Positions 17,912-27,479 are shown, counted from the first letter of the stretch. The stretch is 64,000 nt of DNA from Burkholderiales bacterium (GCA_035632415.1 DASQGW010000187.1:246-64245), one strand, 5' to 3'. Notes: a model not told the origin generated them from the sequence alone. Translations and numbers: made by a program.

Positions 17912-18963
17912 ACGGTCGCGACAGGTGTCGCCGGGGAGCCCACCGCGCCCGGCAGGCGCAGCGGCGGCGCGGTGAGCAGGAAGCGGTTGCGGCCGTGCGA
18001 GCGCAGCCAGCGCGCGAGCTCGGTGAAGTACCAGAGCTCGCCCAGGTGGATGCCGTTCTTGAAGATGCAATGCTCGTGCAGCGGCATAGCGGCGTGCGGA
18101 CGCGGTTTTGTGATACTCGTGGGGATCAGCTCGACGGCGTAGTTATCGGCAAGGAGGCAAGCCGCGCCGCAGTCGGTGATCCACTGCAGGAGCCTCTCGT
18201 CGCGGCCTTCGAGGCCGCTGCACGTCCCGTGCAGGAGCTTGGGATCGGGGTTCTTGCGGAGCTCGAGGATCACGTCGGCGAAGCCGGTATAGAAGCACAC
18301 CATGTCGCCGCGCTCGATGACCACCTTGTCGCTTTCAAGCACGCGCATCATGTCGTCGTAGGTGACGGCGTGGCGGCTGCGGCCGAAGTGGTGATGCAGG
18401 TCGATCATCACGCCGCGCCCCTGCACGCCGTGCTCGGCGAGCTTCTCGATGCCAAGCGCCTTCGCCTGCGTGCCTTCGAAGCGGTCCCAGCCTTCGGTCT
18501 TCTTGTCCGGCGCCGGCACGATGTCCTCGCCGGCGCGATAGCCGTTGTAGAACACGATCTCGGCCTTGCCATCGCCGTCGGCGTCGAAGCGGCTGCCGAT
18601 ATGCGAGAACGAATCCCACTGCGTCGAGTACTGCAGCGTGAGCAGCGTGATGTCGTCGCAGACGACGTCGGTCAGGCCGGGACTGTCCTCGCCCAGCGGA
18701 AAGCAGAAGTTCTGCGCCCCCTTGCTCGCTCCGCTGTCGCGCCGCGTGGCGGCGATGCGCGGCGGGTTGCGTCGCGGATTGAGCGCGTTGCCGCCCGGAT
18801 AGTCGAGCGGCAATGAGCAGCAGAAGGTGATGCCTTCCTTCACCTCGGCGACGCCCTGCAGCACCTTCTCGCGGGTCACCCAGTTCATGCGGCCGCGCTG
18901 GTCGTCGGGGCCGAAGTCGCCCCAGTTCGATCCCGGCGGTCTCTGCTTCCAACGCTGACTCAT
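17908..18963 (-). CDS. cyclase-family protein (kynurenine-formamidase-like hydrolase fold; not a nucleotide cyclase)
   Basis: 351 aa: TQWDSFSHIG, GVMIDLHH, and overall resemblance to Pfam Cyclase-type proteins as I recall them. Confidence 0.65.
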   Translation of the reverse strand: MSQRWKQRPPGSNWGDFGPDDQRGRMNWVTREKVLQGVAEVKEGITFCCSLPLDYPGGNALNPRRNPPRIAATRRDSGASKGAQNFCFPLGEDSPGLTDVVCDDITLLTLQYSTQWDSFSHIGSRFDADGDGKAEIVFYNGYRAGEDIVPAPDKKTEGWDRFEGTQAKALGIEKLAEHGVQGRGVMIDLHHHFGRSRHAVTYDDMMRVLESDKVVIERGDMVCFYTGFADVILELRKNPDPKLLHGTCSGLEGRDERLLQWITDCGAACLLADNYAVELIPTSITKPRPHAAMPLHEHCIFKNGIHLGELWYFTELARWLRSHGRNRFLLTAPPLRLPGAVGSPATPVATV

Positions 18964-18975
18964 AACGGCTCCAGG

Positions 18976-19050
18976 AAAAGGGGTCAGAGCAATTTTTTTG
19001 TAACTACTGATGTACGCAGGTGTTACAGGAAAATTGCTCTGACCCCTTTT
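18976..19050. repeat. long-stem palindromic intergenic element, copy 3
   Basis: 18976-19004 AAAAGGGGTCAGAGCAATTTTTTTGTAAC pairs with 19021-19050 TGTTACAGGAAAATTGCTCTGACCCCTTTT. Confidence 0.85.
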
Positions 19051-19497
19051 TCAATAGTAGTGCCGGCCCAGCCACTCGGCGACGAGCGCGGGCTTTTCCT
19101 TGCCTTCGATCTCGACGGTGGTGGTCCACGTGACCTGCACGCCGCTCCCCTCGATGCGCTCGAACTTCTGCAGCGTGAAGCGCGCGCGCACGCGCGAGCC
19201 GACGGGAACCGGTGAAGTGAAGCGCACGCGGTTCAGGCCGTAGTTGATGCCCATCTTGCGGTCGCTGAAGGTGAAAGTCGCTTCCGATAGGTGCGAGAGA
19301 AGAGAAAGAGTCAGAAACCCGTGGGCGATCGTGCCGCCGAAGGGAGAATTCTTCGCGCGTGCCGGATCGACGTGGATCCACTGGAAGTCCTCGATCGCCT
19401 TGGCGAACGTATCGATGCGCGCCTGGGTGATCTCGACCCACGGCGAGACGCCGACTTCCTGCCCGACGCGCGCCTCGAGTTCGCGGATGGTCGTCAC
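19051..19497 (-). CDS. MaoC-like (R)-hydratase/dehydratase
   Basis: GTG 19497 start (VTTIRELEARVGQ). Hot-dog motifs: WIHVDPARA, GGTIAHGFLTLS. GTGA overlap with the upstream gene. Confidence 0.8.
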   Translation of the reverse strand: MTTIRELEARVGQEVGVSPWVEITQARIDTFAKAIEDFQWIHVDPARAKNSPFGGTIAHGFLTLSLLSHLSEATFTFSDRKMGINYGLNRVRFTSPVPVGSRVRARFTLQKFERIEGSGVQVTWTTTVEIEGKEKPALVAEWLGRHYY

Positions 19498-19976
19498 TTC
19501 GGCGGCGCAGGCGGCGCGGCGCTGAACTGCGCGGCAAATCCCTGCCGCAGCTTTTCGATCACGCTCGTCGATTCGGCGTTGCGGCGCGCGACGCCCGAGG
19601 GATCGAGGCGGTCGAGCTCGACGCGCACTGCGTCGTAGGCTGCCATCTGCTGCTTGAACCCCTCCGCACCCTTGCTGAAGTCCCGCGGCGTGAGCCCTGT
19701 GAGCTGTGTCATGAGCTCGGACCAGCGCGCTTGCAGCGCCTCGACCGTCTTCGCGGCGGGCTTGGCGGCGACCGCGGCCGTGACGGGCGGCTTCGGCGCC
19801 GCGGGAGCGCGATAAGGCACGACCTCGGCGCCGACCGTCGGATCGCTCGGCGGCATCGAGGAGAGCTTCACGGAGCCCGTCTCCGGATCGATCCAGCGAT
19901 AGAGGTCGGCATGCGCCGGAGCGGCGACGCACCATAGGAGCAGATGCGGCAGCAGGAGCAGCCTCACTTCAGGCAT
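19494..19976 (-). CDS. secreted DUF4124-like protein
   Basis: Signal peptide LLLLPHLLLWCVAAPAHA, then DLYRWIDPETGSVKLSSMPP, and a Pro/Ala-rich linker. Confidence 0.6.
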   Translation of the reverse strand: MPEVRLLLLPHLLLWCVAAPAHADLYRWIDPETGSVKLSSMPPSDPTVGAEVVPYRAPAAPKPPVTAAVAAKPAAKTVEALQARWSELMTQLTGLTPRDFSKGAEGFKQQMAAYDAVRVELDRLDPSGVARRNAESTSVIEKLRQGFAAQFSAAPPAPPK

Positions 19977-20617
19977 TCGCTCGCTCCGCGCGCAATGGCC
20001 GCGGCGATCGCGCGCCGCATGGAGGGCGCCGTGACCCGGCGCTCGTCCGTGGGGTTCACCACCACGCCGGCTTCGATCAGCACCGAAGCCATGCGCGGCG
20101 CGCGGCCCACGGCGAGGTTGTCGTAGTAATGCACGCCATTCTCTTCATCGGCGAAGGGCCGGTTCTCTCCCCGCACCCGGTCGGCATGATAGCGCGAGGT
20201 CTTGAGCCCGATGGCGCGCATCTGGGCGCCGATCGCCGAGGCGCAGCGCAGGCTCGCCTGCTCCTGCACGTTGTGGCGCGAGACGAAGAGCGAATAGCCG
20301 GAGAATTTCGACGCCTGCGGCAGCAGCCACTCGCGCACCGAATCGTGGTGCAGCGAGAGATACAGCGCGGCACCCTGCGCTTCGCGTGCACGCCGGCCGA
20401 AGGACTCGTACTGGCCGATCATGCGCACGGCGAAGCCCTTCGCCTCCAGCGCAGCCTTCACGTCGGCGGCGAGCGCGAGGTTGTACTCGAGCTCGGGCTT
20501 GCCGCTCGCCGAGATCACGCCTGGCTTCTCGGGGTAGTGGCCGACATCGACGGCGACGAGCGGCGCGGCGACCCCGGACGTGGCCCAGAGAAGGACGAGG
20601 CTAGAAGCGCGAAAAAT
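19964..20617 (-). CDS. N-acetylmuramoyl-L-alanine amidase (Amidase_3-like); start uncertain
   Basis: Motifs: VAVDVGH (Zn His), PELEYNLALA, LYLSLHHDS, VLIEAGVVVNPTDE. The signal peptide and first Zn ligand lie upstream of the first ATG/GTG/TTG (20518). The only start-like codon in the open frame is ATT 20617. Confidence 0.65.
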   Translation of the reverse strand: MFRASSLVLLWATSGVAAPLVAVDVGHYPEKPGVISASGKPELEYNLALAADVKAALEAKGFAVRMIGQYESFGRRAREAQGAALYLSLHHDSVREWLLPQASKFSGYSLFVSRHNVQEQASLRCASAIGAQMRAIGLKTSRYHADRVRGENRPFADEENGVHYYDNLAVGRAPRMASVLIEAGVVVNPTDERRVTAPSMRRAIAAAIARGASECLK

Positions 20618-21356
20618 CGGGCTTGCGCTTCTCGAGGAAGGCGCTCATCGCCTCTTTCGCCTCGGGCGAGGCGAGGCGCTCGACGAAGATGCGGCTCTCC
20701 TCGCCGATCTGCTTCTGCACCGCCGCGGCGTGCGGCGCCTTCATGAGGCGCTTGGCGAGGCGGATCGATTCCGGCGGCAGCGCGGCGAGCTTGCGCGCGG
20801 CTTCCTCGGCCGTCGCGATGAGCTCGTCCTGCCGCACGATCGCGTTGACGATGCCGGCTTCGCGCGCCTTCTCGGCCGTGAACGGCTCGCCGAGGAGCAG
20901 GAGCTCGGCCGCGCGCTGATAGCCGGCAAGGAGCGGCAGCAGATAAGTCGAGCCGAACTCCGGCACGATGCCGAGCGGCACGAACGGAAGCTGGAAGCGC
21001 GCGCCCGGCTCGGCATAGACGAGGTCGCAGTGAAGGAGCAGCGTCGTGCCGATGCCCACTGCCGGGCCTCCGACCGCCGCGACGATCGGCTTCTCGAGGG
21101 TGGGCAGCAGCTCGAAGAAGCGCCAGCTTGGCGAGCTCATGCCCGGCGAGCGGTTCAAGAAGTCGGCGATGTCGTTGCCGGCGGTGAAGCAGTCCATCGC
21201 GCCGTAGATGAGCACGGCGCGCACGTCGCGGCTTGCCTGCGCCGCGGCCAGCGCGTCGGCCATCTGCACATACATCTCGCTGGTGATCGCGTTTTTCTTG
21301 TCGAGCCGCGCGAGCTCGATGTGGGCTATGCGGTGCTCGGTCTTAGCCCGTACCAA
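20601..21356 (-). CDS. enoyl-CoA hydratase/isomerase family protein
   Basis: Motifs: KKNAIT, FTAGNDI, AAVGGPAVGIGTTLLLHCD, PEFGSTYLLP. Confidence 0.85.
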   Translation of the reverse strand: MVRAKTEHRIAHIELARLDKKNAITSEMYVQMADALAAAQASRDVRAVLIYGAMDCFTAGNDIADFLNRSPGMSSPSWRFFELLPTLEKPIVAAVGGPAVGIGTTLLLHCDLVYAEPGARFQLPFVPLGIVPEFGSTYLLPLLAGYQRAAELLLLGEPFTAEKAREAGIVNAIVRQDELIATAEEAARKLAALPPESIRLAKRLMKAPHAAAVQKQIGEESRIFVERLASPEAKEAMSAFLEKRKPDFSRF

Positions 21357-22929
21357 GCTTGTAGTCCTTCATGGTCTGCCGCAGCGTGAGCTTGGAAAGC
21401 TTCCCCGTCGCGGTGTGCGGCAGCTCCTTCACGAAGACCACGTCGTCGGGCATCCACCACTTGGCGATCTTGCCCTCGTAGAACTTGAGCAGATCCTCGC
21501 GCGAGACGTCCTGGCCCGGCCTCTTTACCGCCACCACGATCGGGCGCTCGTCCCACTTCGGGTGCTTGACGCCGATCACCGCCGCCTCGGCGATGGCCGG
21601 ATGCGCGATCGCGATGTTCTCGAGGTCGATCGAGCTGATCCACTCGCCGCCCGACTTGATCACGTCCTTCGAGCGGTCGGTGATCTGGATGTAGCCGTCG
21701 GGGTCGATGGTGCAGACGTCGCCGGTGGGGAACCAGCCCTCCTTCAGCGGATCGCCGCCCTCGCCCTTGAAGTAGCTCTTGATGATCCAGGGCCCCCGCA
21801 CCTGCAGGTCGCCGAAGGCTTTTCCGTCCCAGGGAAGCTCCTTGCCGTTCTCGTCCACGATGCGCAGGTCGACGCCGAAGATCGCGCGACCCGGCTTCCA
21901 CTGCAGCTTTTCGCGCTCCTCCTTGGGCATCTTCAGGTGCTTGCCCTTGAAGGTGCACACCGTGCCGAGCGGGCTCATCTCGGTCATGCCCCAGGCGTGC
22001 AGCACCGCGACGCCATATTCGTCCTGGAACATGCGCAGCATCGCGGGCGGACAGGCCGAGCCGCCGATGACGACGCGCTTCAGCGTCGTGAACCGCAGCT
22101 TCTGCTCCTTCATGTAGTTGAGGAGACCGAGCCACACGGTGGGCACGCCGGCGCTCACCGTCACTTCTTCCTTCTCGAAGAGCTCGTGCAGGCTCTTGCC
22201 GTCGAGGTGCTGGCTCGGGAACACGAGCTTCGCCCCTGTGAGCGCGCAGGCATACGGCAGCCCCCAGGCATTGACATGGAACATCGGCACGACCGGCAGC
22301 ACGGCGTCGCGCGCCGACAGATTGAGCGCATCGGGAAGCGCCGAGCCGTAGGCGTGGATGATGGTCGAGCGGTGGCTGTAGAGCGCGCCTTTCGGGTTGC
22401 CCGTCGTGCCCGAGGTGTAGCAGAGGCACGCCGCCGTGCGCTCGTCGAACGAAGGCCATTCGTAGCGCTCGCTCTCGGCGGCGAGCAGCTGCTCGTAGGG
22501 ATCGCTCATCGCGATCCAGTGCTGCACCGTCTTCAGCTGCGGCTTCAGCTTCTCCACCAGGGGCGCGAAGGTGGTGTCGAAGAACACCACCTTGTCCTCG
22601 GCGTGATTGCCGATGTAGGCGATCTGGTCGGGAAAAAGCCGCGGGTTGATGGTGTGGATGATGGCGCCGCTCCCTGCCACGGCGTAGTAGATCTCGAAGT
22701 GGCGGAAGTTGTTCCACGCGAGCGTCGCCACGCGGTCGCCGGCCTGCACGCCGAGGCGCTTCAGCGCGTTGGCGAGCTTCCGCGCGCGCGCGTGAGCCTC
22801 GTGGTACGTGTAGCGGTGGATCGCCCCCTCGACCGTCTTCGAGACGATCTCGGTCGCGCCGTGGTGGCGGTCCGCGTGCCTGATCAGCGAGCTGATCGAG
22901 AGCGGCATGTCCATCATCAGGCCCTGCAT
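21343..22929 (-). CDS. long-chain acyl-CoA synthetase (AMP-binding)
   Basis: Motifs: [43 protein letters not shown]. Confidence 0.9.
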   Translation of the reverse strand: MQGLMMDMPLSISSLIRHADRHHGATEIVSKTVEGAIHRYTYHEAHARARKLANALKRLGVQAGDRVATLAWNNFRHFEIYYAVAGSGAIIHTINPRLFPDQIAYIGNHAEDKVVFFDTTFAPLVEKLKPQLKTVQHWIAMSDPYEQLLAAESERYEWPSFDERTAACLCYTSGTTGNPKGALYSHRSTIIHAYGSALPDALNLSARDAVLPVVPMFHVNAWGLPYACALTGAKLVFPSQHLDGKSLHELFEKEEVTVSAGVPTVWLGLLNYMKEQKLRFTTLKRVVIGGSACPPAMLRMFQDEYGVAVLHAWGMTEMSPLGTVCTFKGKHLKMPKEEREKLQWKPGRAIFGVDLRIVDENGKELPWDGKAFGDLQVRGPWIIKSYFKGEGGDPLKEGWFPTGDVCTIDPDGYIQITDRSKDVIKSGGEWISSIDLENIAIAHPAIAEAAVIGVKHPKWDERPIVVAVKRPGQDVSREDLLKFYEGKIAKWWMPDDVVFVKELPHTATGKLSKLTLRQTMKDYKLGTG

Positions 22930-22957
22930 TGCTTCCTCCTTTGCGTGGCGGGCGGCG

Positions 22958-24163
22958 CTACTGGTCCTTGCTCAGCACGTCGCCGAAGCGCACCCACTTC
23001 GTGCCGTCGAAGCGCGCGAGCTGCACGGCCTCGATGGGCGCAAAGTCGTTCGGCCCGGTGCTCACCGTGATGCCCGGCAGCAGCGTGTCGATCTGCACAT
23101 TCCTGAGGTTTGCCGCCTCGTGCATGACGTTCTGGTGCGTGAGGTTGTCGCCGCACTGCTTGAGCACCTGCTGCAGCGTCTGCGCGACGCCGTAGCCGTA
23201 GACGTTGAAGTCGTCATCGAGGTTCGCCTCCGGCATGTATTTCTTCATGAAGGCGCGCCACTTGTTCATGCCGGGGTCGTTCGCCCACTGCGGGTCGCTG
23301 TTCTCCTTGGTATAGCGGGCGGTGATGAGCCCGACCGACTTGTCGAGGCCCGCGGGCTTCAGCACCGCGCCGATCGAGATCGACACGTTGTTGAGGTAAT
23401 GCACCGGCTTCCAGCCGATATCGTAGGCCTTGCGGATCGCCTGCGCCGCGAACTTCGGCGTGGTGAAGTTGAAGAGCACATCGGCGCCCGAGCTCTGCAG
23501 CTGCACGATCTGCGAATCGACGGTCGGATCGGTGACCTCGTAGGACGCCTTGCCGACGATCATCGTGGCGGCCTTGGCGCCGAGCGCGTCTTCCAGCCCC
23601 TTCAGGTAATCCTTGCCGTAGTCGTCGTTCTGGTAGAGGACGGCGATCTTCGCGTTCGGCTTGGTGGCGAGGAGATGGCGCACGTAGACGTGCGACTCGG
23701 TCTGGTAGTTCGGCTGCCAGCCCATGGTCCAGGGGAAATTCTTCGGGTCGTTCCACTTCGTCGCGCCGGTCGCCACGAAGAGCTGCGGCACCCGCTTGCC
23801 GTTCATGTACTTGTGGATCGCGGTGTTCGAGGGCGTGCCGAGGCTCTGGAAGAGCAAGAGGACCTGGTCCTGCTCGACGAGCTTGCGCGCCATCTCGACC
23901 GTCTTCGGCGGGCTGTAGCTGTCGTCGTAGCTGATGAAGTTGATCTTGCGGCCGTTGATGCCGCCCTGGTCGTTCACCATCTTGAAATAGGCGGCGATCG
24001 CCTTGCCGATCTGCCCGTAGGCCGACGCCGGGCCGCTGTAGGGATTCGTATTGCCGATCTTGATCTCGGTATCGCTCGCGCCCGGGTCGTACTTCTTCTG
24101 GGCGGCTGCCGGCAGGCTCAGGGCCAGCGCGGCGAAGGCGACGGCTAGGGTGCGGACGTTCAT
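22958..24163 (-). CDS. ABC transporter substrate-binding protein (LivK/branched-chain amino acid type)
   Basis: Signal peptide, then IKIGNTNPYSGPASAYG, GGINGRKINFISYDD. Confidence 0.85.
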   Translation of the reverse strand: MNVRTLAVAFAALALSLPAAAQKKYDPGASDTEIKIGNTNPYSGPASAYGQIGKAIAAYFKMVNDQGGINGRKINFISYDDSYSPPKTVEMARKLVEQDQVLLLFQSLGTPSNTAIHKYMNGKRVPQLFVATGATKWNDPKNFPWTMGWQPNYQTESHVYVRHLLATKPNAKIAVLYQNDDYGKDYLKGLEDALGAKAATMIVGKASYEVTDPTVDSQIVQLQSSGADVLFNFTTPKFAAQAIRKAYDIGWKPVHYLNNVSISIGAVLKPAGLDKSVGLITARYTKENSDPQWANDPGMNKWRAFMKKYMPEANLDDDFNVYGYGVAQTLQQVLKQCGDNLTHQNVMHEAANLRNVQIDTLLPGITVSTGPNDFAPIEAVQLARFDGTKWVRFGDVLSKDQ

Positions 24164-25116
24164 GGGGCTCTCCTCCTCGAGGTGATCAGGCGCACTGCGC
24201 CTGCGACGCCGGTCGGCATCAGGTAAACGAAGACGATCATAAACAAGCCGAAGATGGCCCAGGGGGCGGCCTTCGAGATCTCGTCGGCGATGTTGGGCAC
24301 GAACTGGATGAAGAGCGCGCCGTAGAGCGCGCCGGAAATGGATGCGAGCCCGCCGACCACGATGCCGACGAGGAACACGATCGAGAGAAAGATGTTGAAG
24401 CTGTCCGGCGCGACGAACTGTACCGCGACGGCGCCGAGCGCGCCGGCCACGCCCGTGAACATGGCCGACACGCCGAAAGCGAGCGACTTGTAGAGCGCGT
24501 TATGGATCCCCATGGCCTCGGCCGCGATGTGCTGGTCCCGGATGGCGACGAGCGCACGACCGATGCGCCCGCGGATCAGGTTCCACCCGAGGATAAACAT
24601 GAGCGCGGCAATCGCCAAGGTGAAGAAGTAGAGCCATTGATCCTGATTAAGCGGCAGTCCGAAAGGCGGGTCGGGTTTCGTGATCACGATACCCTGCACC
24701 CCGCCCGTCCACTTCTCCAGCAGGTGGTGCTTCAATAGCTGCGGCGTTGCAACACCCAGCGCAAAGGTGGCGAGCGCCAGGTAAAGCCCCTCTAATCTCA
24801 ACGCCGGCAGGCCGAAAAGGAAGCCGGCGACGAGGCACACCGCCCCCGCCACCGGCACCGTCGCCCAGTACGGCACACCCCAGTGGTCCATCAATACCGC
24901 AGCGCAATACGCGCCGATCGCGTAGAACGCCCCATGGCCCAGCGAAATCTGGCCGTTGTACCCGGTGAGGATGTTGAGGCCGAGGAGCGCGATGGCGTAG
25001 ACCAGCACGAGCGTCAGCTGGAACGTACGGTAGTTGCTCACGATGAAGGGCAGCGCGCAGGCCACGACCACCACCGCGAGAGCGAGCACCAGTGCCTTCT
25101 TGGACACCGATTTCAT
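24160..25116 (-). CDS. branched-chain-type ABC permease (LivM-like)
   Basis: Polytopic; GYNGQISLGHGAFYAIGAY. 4-nt overlaps on both sides. Confidence 0.85.
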   Translation of the reverse strand: MKSVSKKALVLALAVVVVACALPFIVSNYRTFQLTLVLVYAIALLGLNILTGYNGQISLGHGAFYAIGAYCAAVLMDHWGVPYWATVPVAGAVCLVAGFLFGLPALRLEGLYLALATFALGVATPQLLKHHLLEKWTGGVQGIVITKPDPPFGLPLNQDQWLYFFTLAIAALMFILGWNLIRGRIGRALVAIRDQHIAAEAMGIHNALYKSLAFGVSAMFTGVAGALGAVAVQFVAPDSFNIFLSIVFLVGIVVGGLASISGALYGALFIQFVPNIADEISKAAPWAIFGLFMIVFVYLMPTGVAGAVRLITSRRRAP

Positions 25117-25985
25117 ACCCTGGTGACCTGCACCCGGCCGAAGAACCCGCTCGGTCTTACGAGCAGCACGCCGATGATGATGACGAGCGCCACCGAGAGC
25201 TTGAGCTCGTTGCCGATCACGAACGCGCCGAGCACGTTCTCCAGCACGCCGACGAGGAAGCCGCCGAACACGGCGCCCATCGGATTGTCGATGCCGCCGA
25301 CGAGCGCCGCCGCGAAGGCGTAGAGGAGCACCCCGCCCATCATGTTCGGGTCGAGATACACGATCGGCGCGACCATCATCCCGGCGACCGAGCCGACGGC
25401 GGCGGCGAGGCCCCAGCCGAGCGCGAGCATCCAGCCGACGCGGATGCCGACGAGGCGGCTCGACTCCGGGTTCTGCGCCGCCGCGCGCATGGCGAGGCCG
25501 AGGGGCGTGAAGCGGAAAAACCCGTAGAGCAGCGCGAGCACGACCAGGGTGACGAGGATCGCGCCAAGCTCGTGTGACGAGAGGTAGCGCCCGAAGATCG
25601 GCTGCGCCGGGAAAGGGCTCGGGAACGTCTTGATGGTGTAGGTGTAGATCCAGCCGGTGACGCTGTTGAAGATGAGGAGCAGCGCGATGAACACGACCAC
25701 CACCGCCAGCACCGGCGCCTGCTCCACCGGCCGGATGACGATGCGCTCGATCAGCACCCCGAGCACGAAAGCGACGAGCACCGTGAGGAAGAACGCCGCC
25801 CAGTAGGGCATCCCCGCATCGATCAGCGACCAGGCGATGTAGGTCGTGAACATCGCCATCTCGCCTTGCGCGAAGTTCACGAGGTGCGTCGCCTGATAGA
25901 TCATCACCAGCGCGAGCGCGAGGCTCGCATAGATGCCGCCGGTGGCGAGCCCCGCGAGCACTTGGTGGAGTAGCGCGTCCATCAC
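25113..25985 (-). CDS. branched-chain-type ABC permease (LivH-like)
   Basis: Polytopic; NFAQGEMAMF, GGIDNPMGA. Confidence 0.85.
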   Translation of the reverse strand: MMDALLHQVLAGLATGGIYASLALALVMIYQATHLVNFAQGEMAMFTTYIAWSLIDAGMPYWAAFFLTVLVAFVLGVLIERIVIRPVEQAPVLAVVVVFIALLLIFNSVTGWIYTYTIKTFPSPFPAQPIFGRYLSSHELGAILVTLVVLALLYGFFRFTPLGLAMRAAAQNPESSRLVGIRVGWMLALGWGLAAAVGSVAGMMVAPIVYLDPNMMGGVLLYAFAAALVGGIDNPMGAVFGGFLVGVLENVLGAFVIGNELKLSVALVIIIGVLLVRPSGFFGRVQVTRV

Positions 25986-25992
25986 GCTTTTT

Positions 25993-26700
25993 TCAATAGC
26001 CCAGGTACGAGCGGCGCACGGCGTCGTCCTTCTTGAGATCTGCCGCCGTCCCCGAAAGGACGACGCGGCCGGTTTCGATCACGCACGCATGGTCGGCGAG
26101 CTCGAGCGCCATCGCCGCGTTCTGCTCCACCACCAGCATGCTCACCCGCTCCTCCGTATTGATCGTGCGCAGGATCTCGAAGAGCTCGCGTACCACGAGC
26201 GGCGCGAGACCGAAGGAAGGCTCGTCGAGCAGCATCAGCTTCGGCGCGAGCATCAGCGCGCGCGACACCGCCAGCATCTGCTGCTCGCCGCCGGACAGCG
26301 TGCCGGCCTGCTGGTGCGAGCGCTCCCTCAAGCGCGGGAAGTACGCATACATCCGGTCGAGGTCGCGCGCGACGTTCGCGCGATCCTTGCGCGCATAGGC
26401 GCCCAGGCGCAGGTTCTCCTCGGTCGTGAGATGGAGGAACGTGCCGCGTCCATCGGGCACATGCGCAATGCCGAGACGCACGATGTCCTCGGTGCGCTTC
26501 GCGTTGATCGATTCGCCGGAAAACCGGATTTCGCCCTCGGTCCTCACCATGCCGCAGATCGCGCGCAACGTGGTGGTCTTGCCGGCCCCGTTGGCGCCGA
26601 GGAGCGCCGTGATGGATTTTTCCTCCATCCTGAAATCGATGCCGTGGAGCACGCGCGTCGCCCCGTAGGCGGCTTTCAGTCCCGCGAGCTCGAGGATCAA
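25993..26700 (-). CDS. ABC transporter ATP-binding protein (LivF-like)
   Basis: Motifs: GANGAGKTT, LSGGEQQML, LMLLDEPS. Confidence 0.9.
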   Translation of the reverse strand: MILELAGLKAAYGATRVLHGIDFRMEEKSITALLGANGAGKTTTLRAICGMVRTEGEIRFSGESINAKRTEDIVRLGIAHVPDGRGTFLHLTTEENLRLGAYARKDRANVARDLDRMYAYFPRLRERSHQQAGTLSGGEQQMLAVSRALMLAPKLMLLDEPSFGLAPLVVRELFEILRTINTEERVSMLVVEQNAAMALELADHACVIETGRVVLSGTAADLKKDDAVRRSYLGY

Positions 26701-27479
26701 GCGGCGCTCCCCAGGTAGGCTTTGATGAGCTCGGGGTGCTCGCGCACTTCGGCGGGCGTGCCCTCGGCGATGCGCCTGCCGAAGTTGAGCGCCACCACCC
26801 AGTCGGAGAGGCTCATGAGGAGCTGCATGTGGTGCTCGACGAGGAGCACCGTGAGCTTCAGCCGCTCGCGCAGCAAGCGGATCAGCGCGCCGATTGCGCC
26901 GACCTCTTCATGGTTGAGTCCGCTCGCCGGCTCGTCGAGCAGCAGGAGTTTCGGCTCGGCAGCGAGCGCCCGGGCGAGCTCGACGCGCTTTTGCGTGCCG
27001 AACGGCAGCGCCGCGACCGGCGTGTCCGCGAAGCGCTCGAGCTCGAGAAGCGCGAGCAGGTCGCGCGCCTTCTGCCTCGATTCACTGTCCGACAAGACCG
27101 CGCCGGGCAAGCGCAGCGCGTTGGCGAAGAAGCCGCCGCGCGAGCGGCAGTGGCGCCCGACCATGACGTTGTCGAGCACGCTCATGGTGCGAAAGAGCGC
27201 CAGGTTCTGGAACGTCCGGCCGATGCCGAGCTCCGCCATGCGGTGGCGCGGCAGCGCGGTGAGCGACTGGCCGTCGAACGTGATGTCGCCGCGATCGCAG
27301 TCGTAGAGACGCGAGATGCAGTTGAAAAGCGTGGTCTTGCCGGCGCCGTTGGGCCCGATCAGGCCGACGATGCGCCCCGGGGCGACGTCGAACGACACGC
27401 CGTCGAGGGCGACGATGCCGCCGAAGTGGACAGCAACATCCTGCACGCGCAGCAGCGCCTGCGCCGCGTCTGCCGTCAA
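26697..27479 (-). CDS. ABC transporter ATP-binding protein (LivG-like)
   Basis: Motifs: GPNGAGKTT, LLLLDEPASGLN. TTG start at 27479 is preceded by GAGGAGGAGG. Confidence 0.9.
   Translation of the reverse strand: MTADAAQALLRVQDVAVHFGGIVALDGVSFDVAPGRIVGLIGPNGAGKTTLFNCISRLYDCDRGDITFDGQSLTALPRHRMAELGIGRTFQNLALFRTMSVLDNVMVGRHCRSRGGFFANALRLPGAVLSDSESRQKARDLLALLELERFADTPVAALPFGTQKRVELARALAAEPKLLLLDEPASGLNHEEVGAIGALIRLLRERLKLTVLLVEHHMQLLMSLSDWVVALNFGRRIAEGTPAEVREHPELIKAYLGSAA

Noticed and set aside
17908-18963. The 'cyclase family protein' as a fifth nucleotide cyclase.
   Set aside because: The name refers to the polyketide-cyclase/kynurenine-formamidase hydrolase fold. It has none of the class III motifs (FxDxxGFT, GD, VNxAAR).
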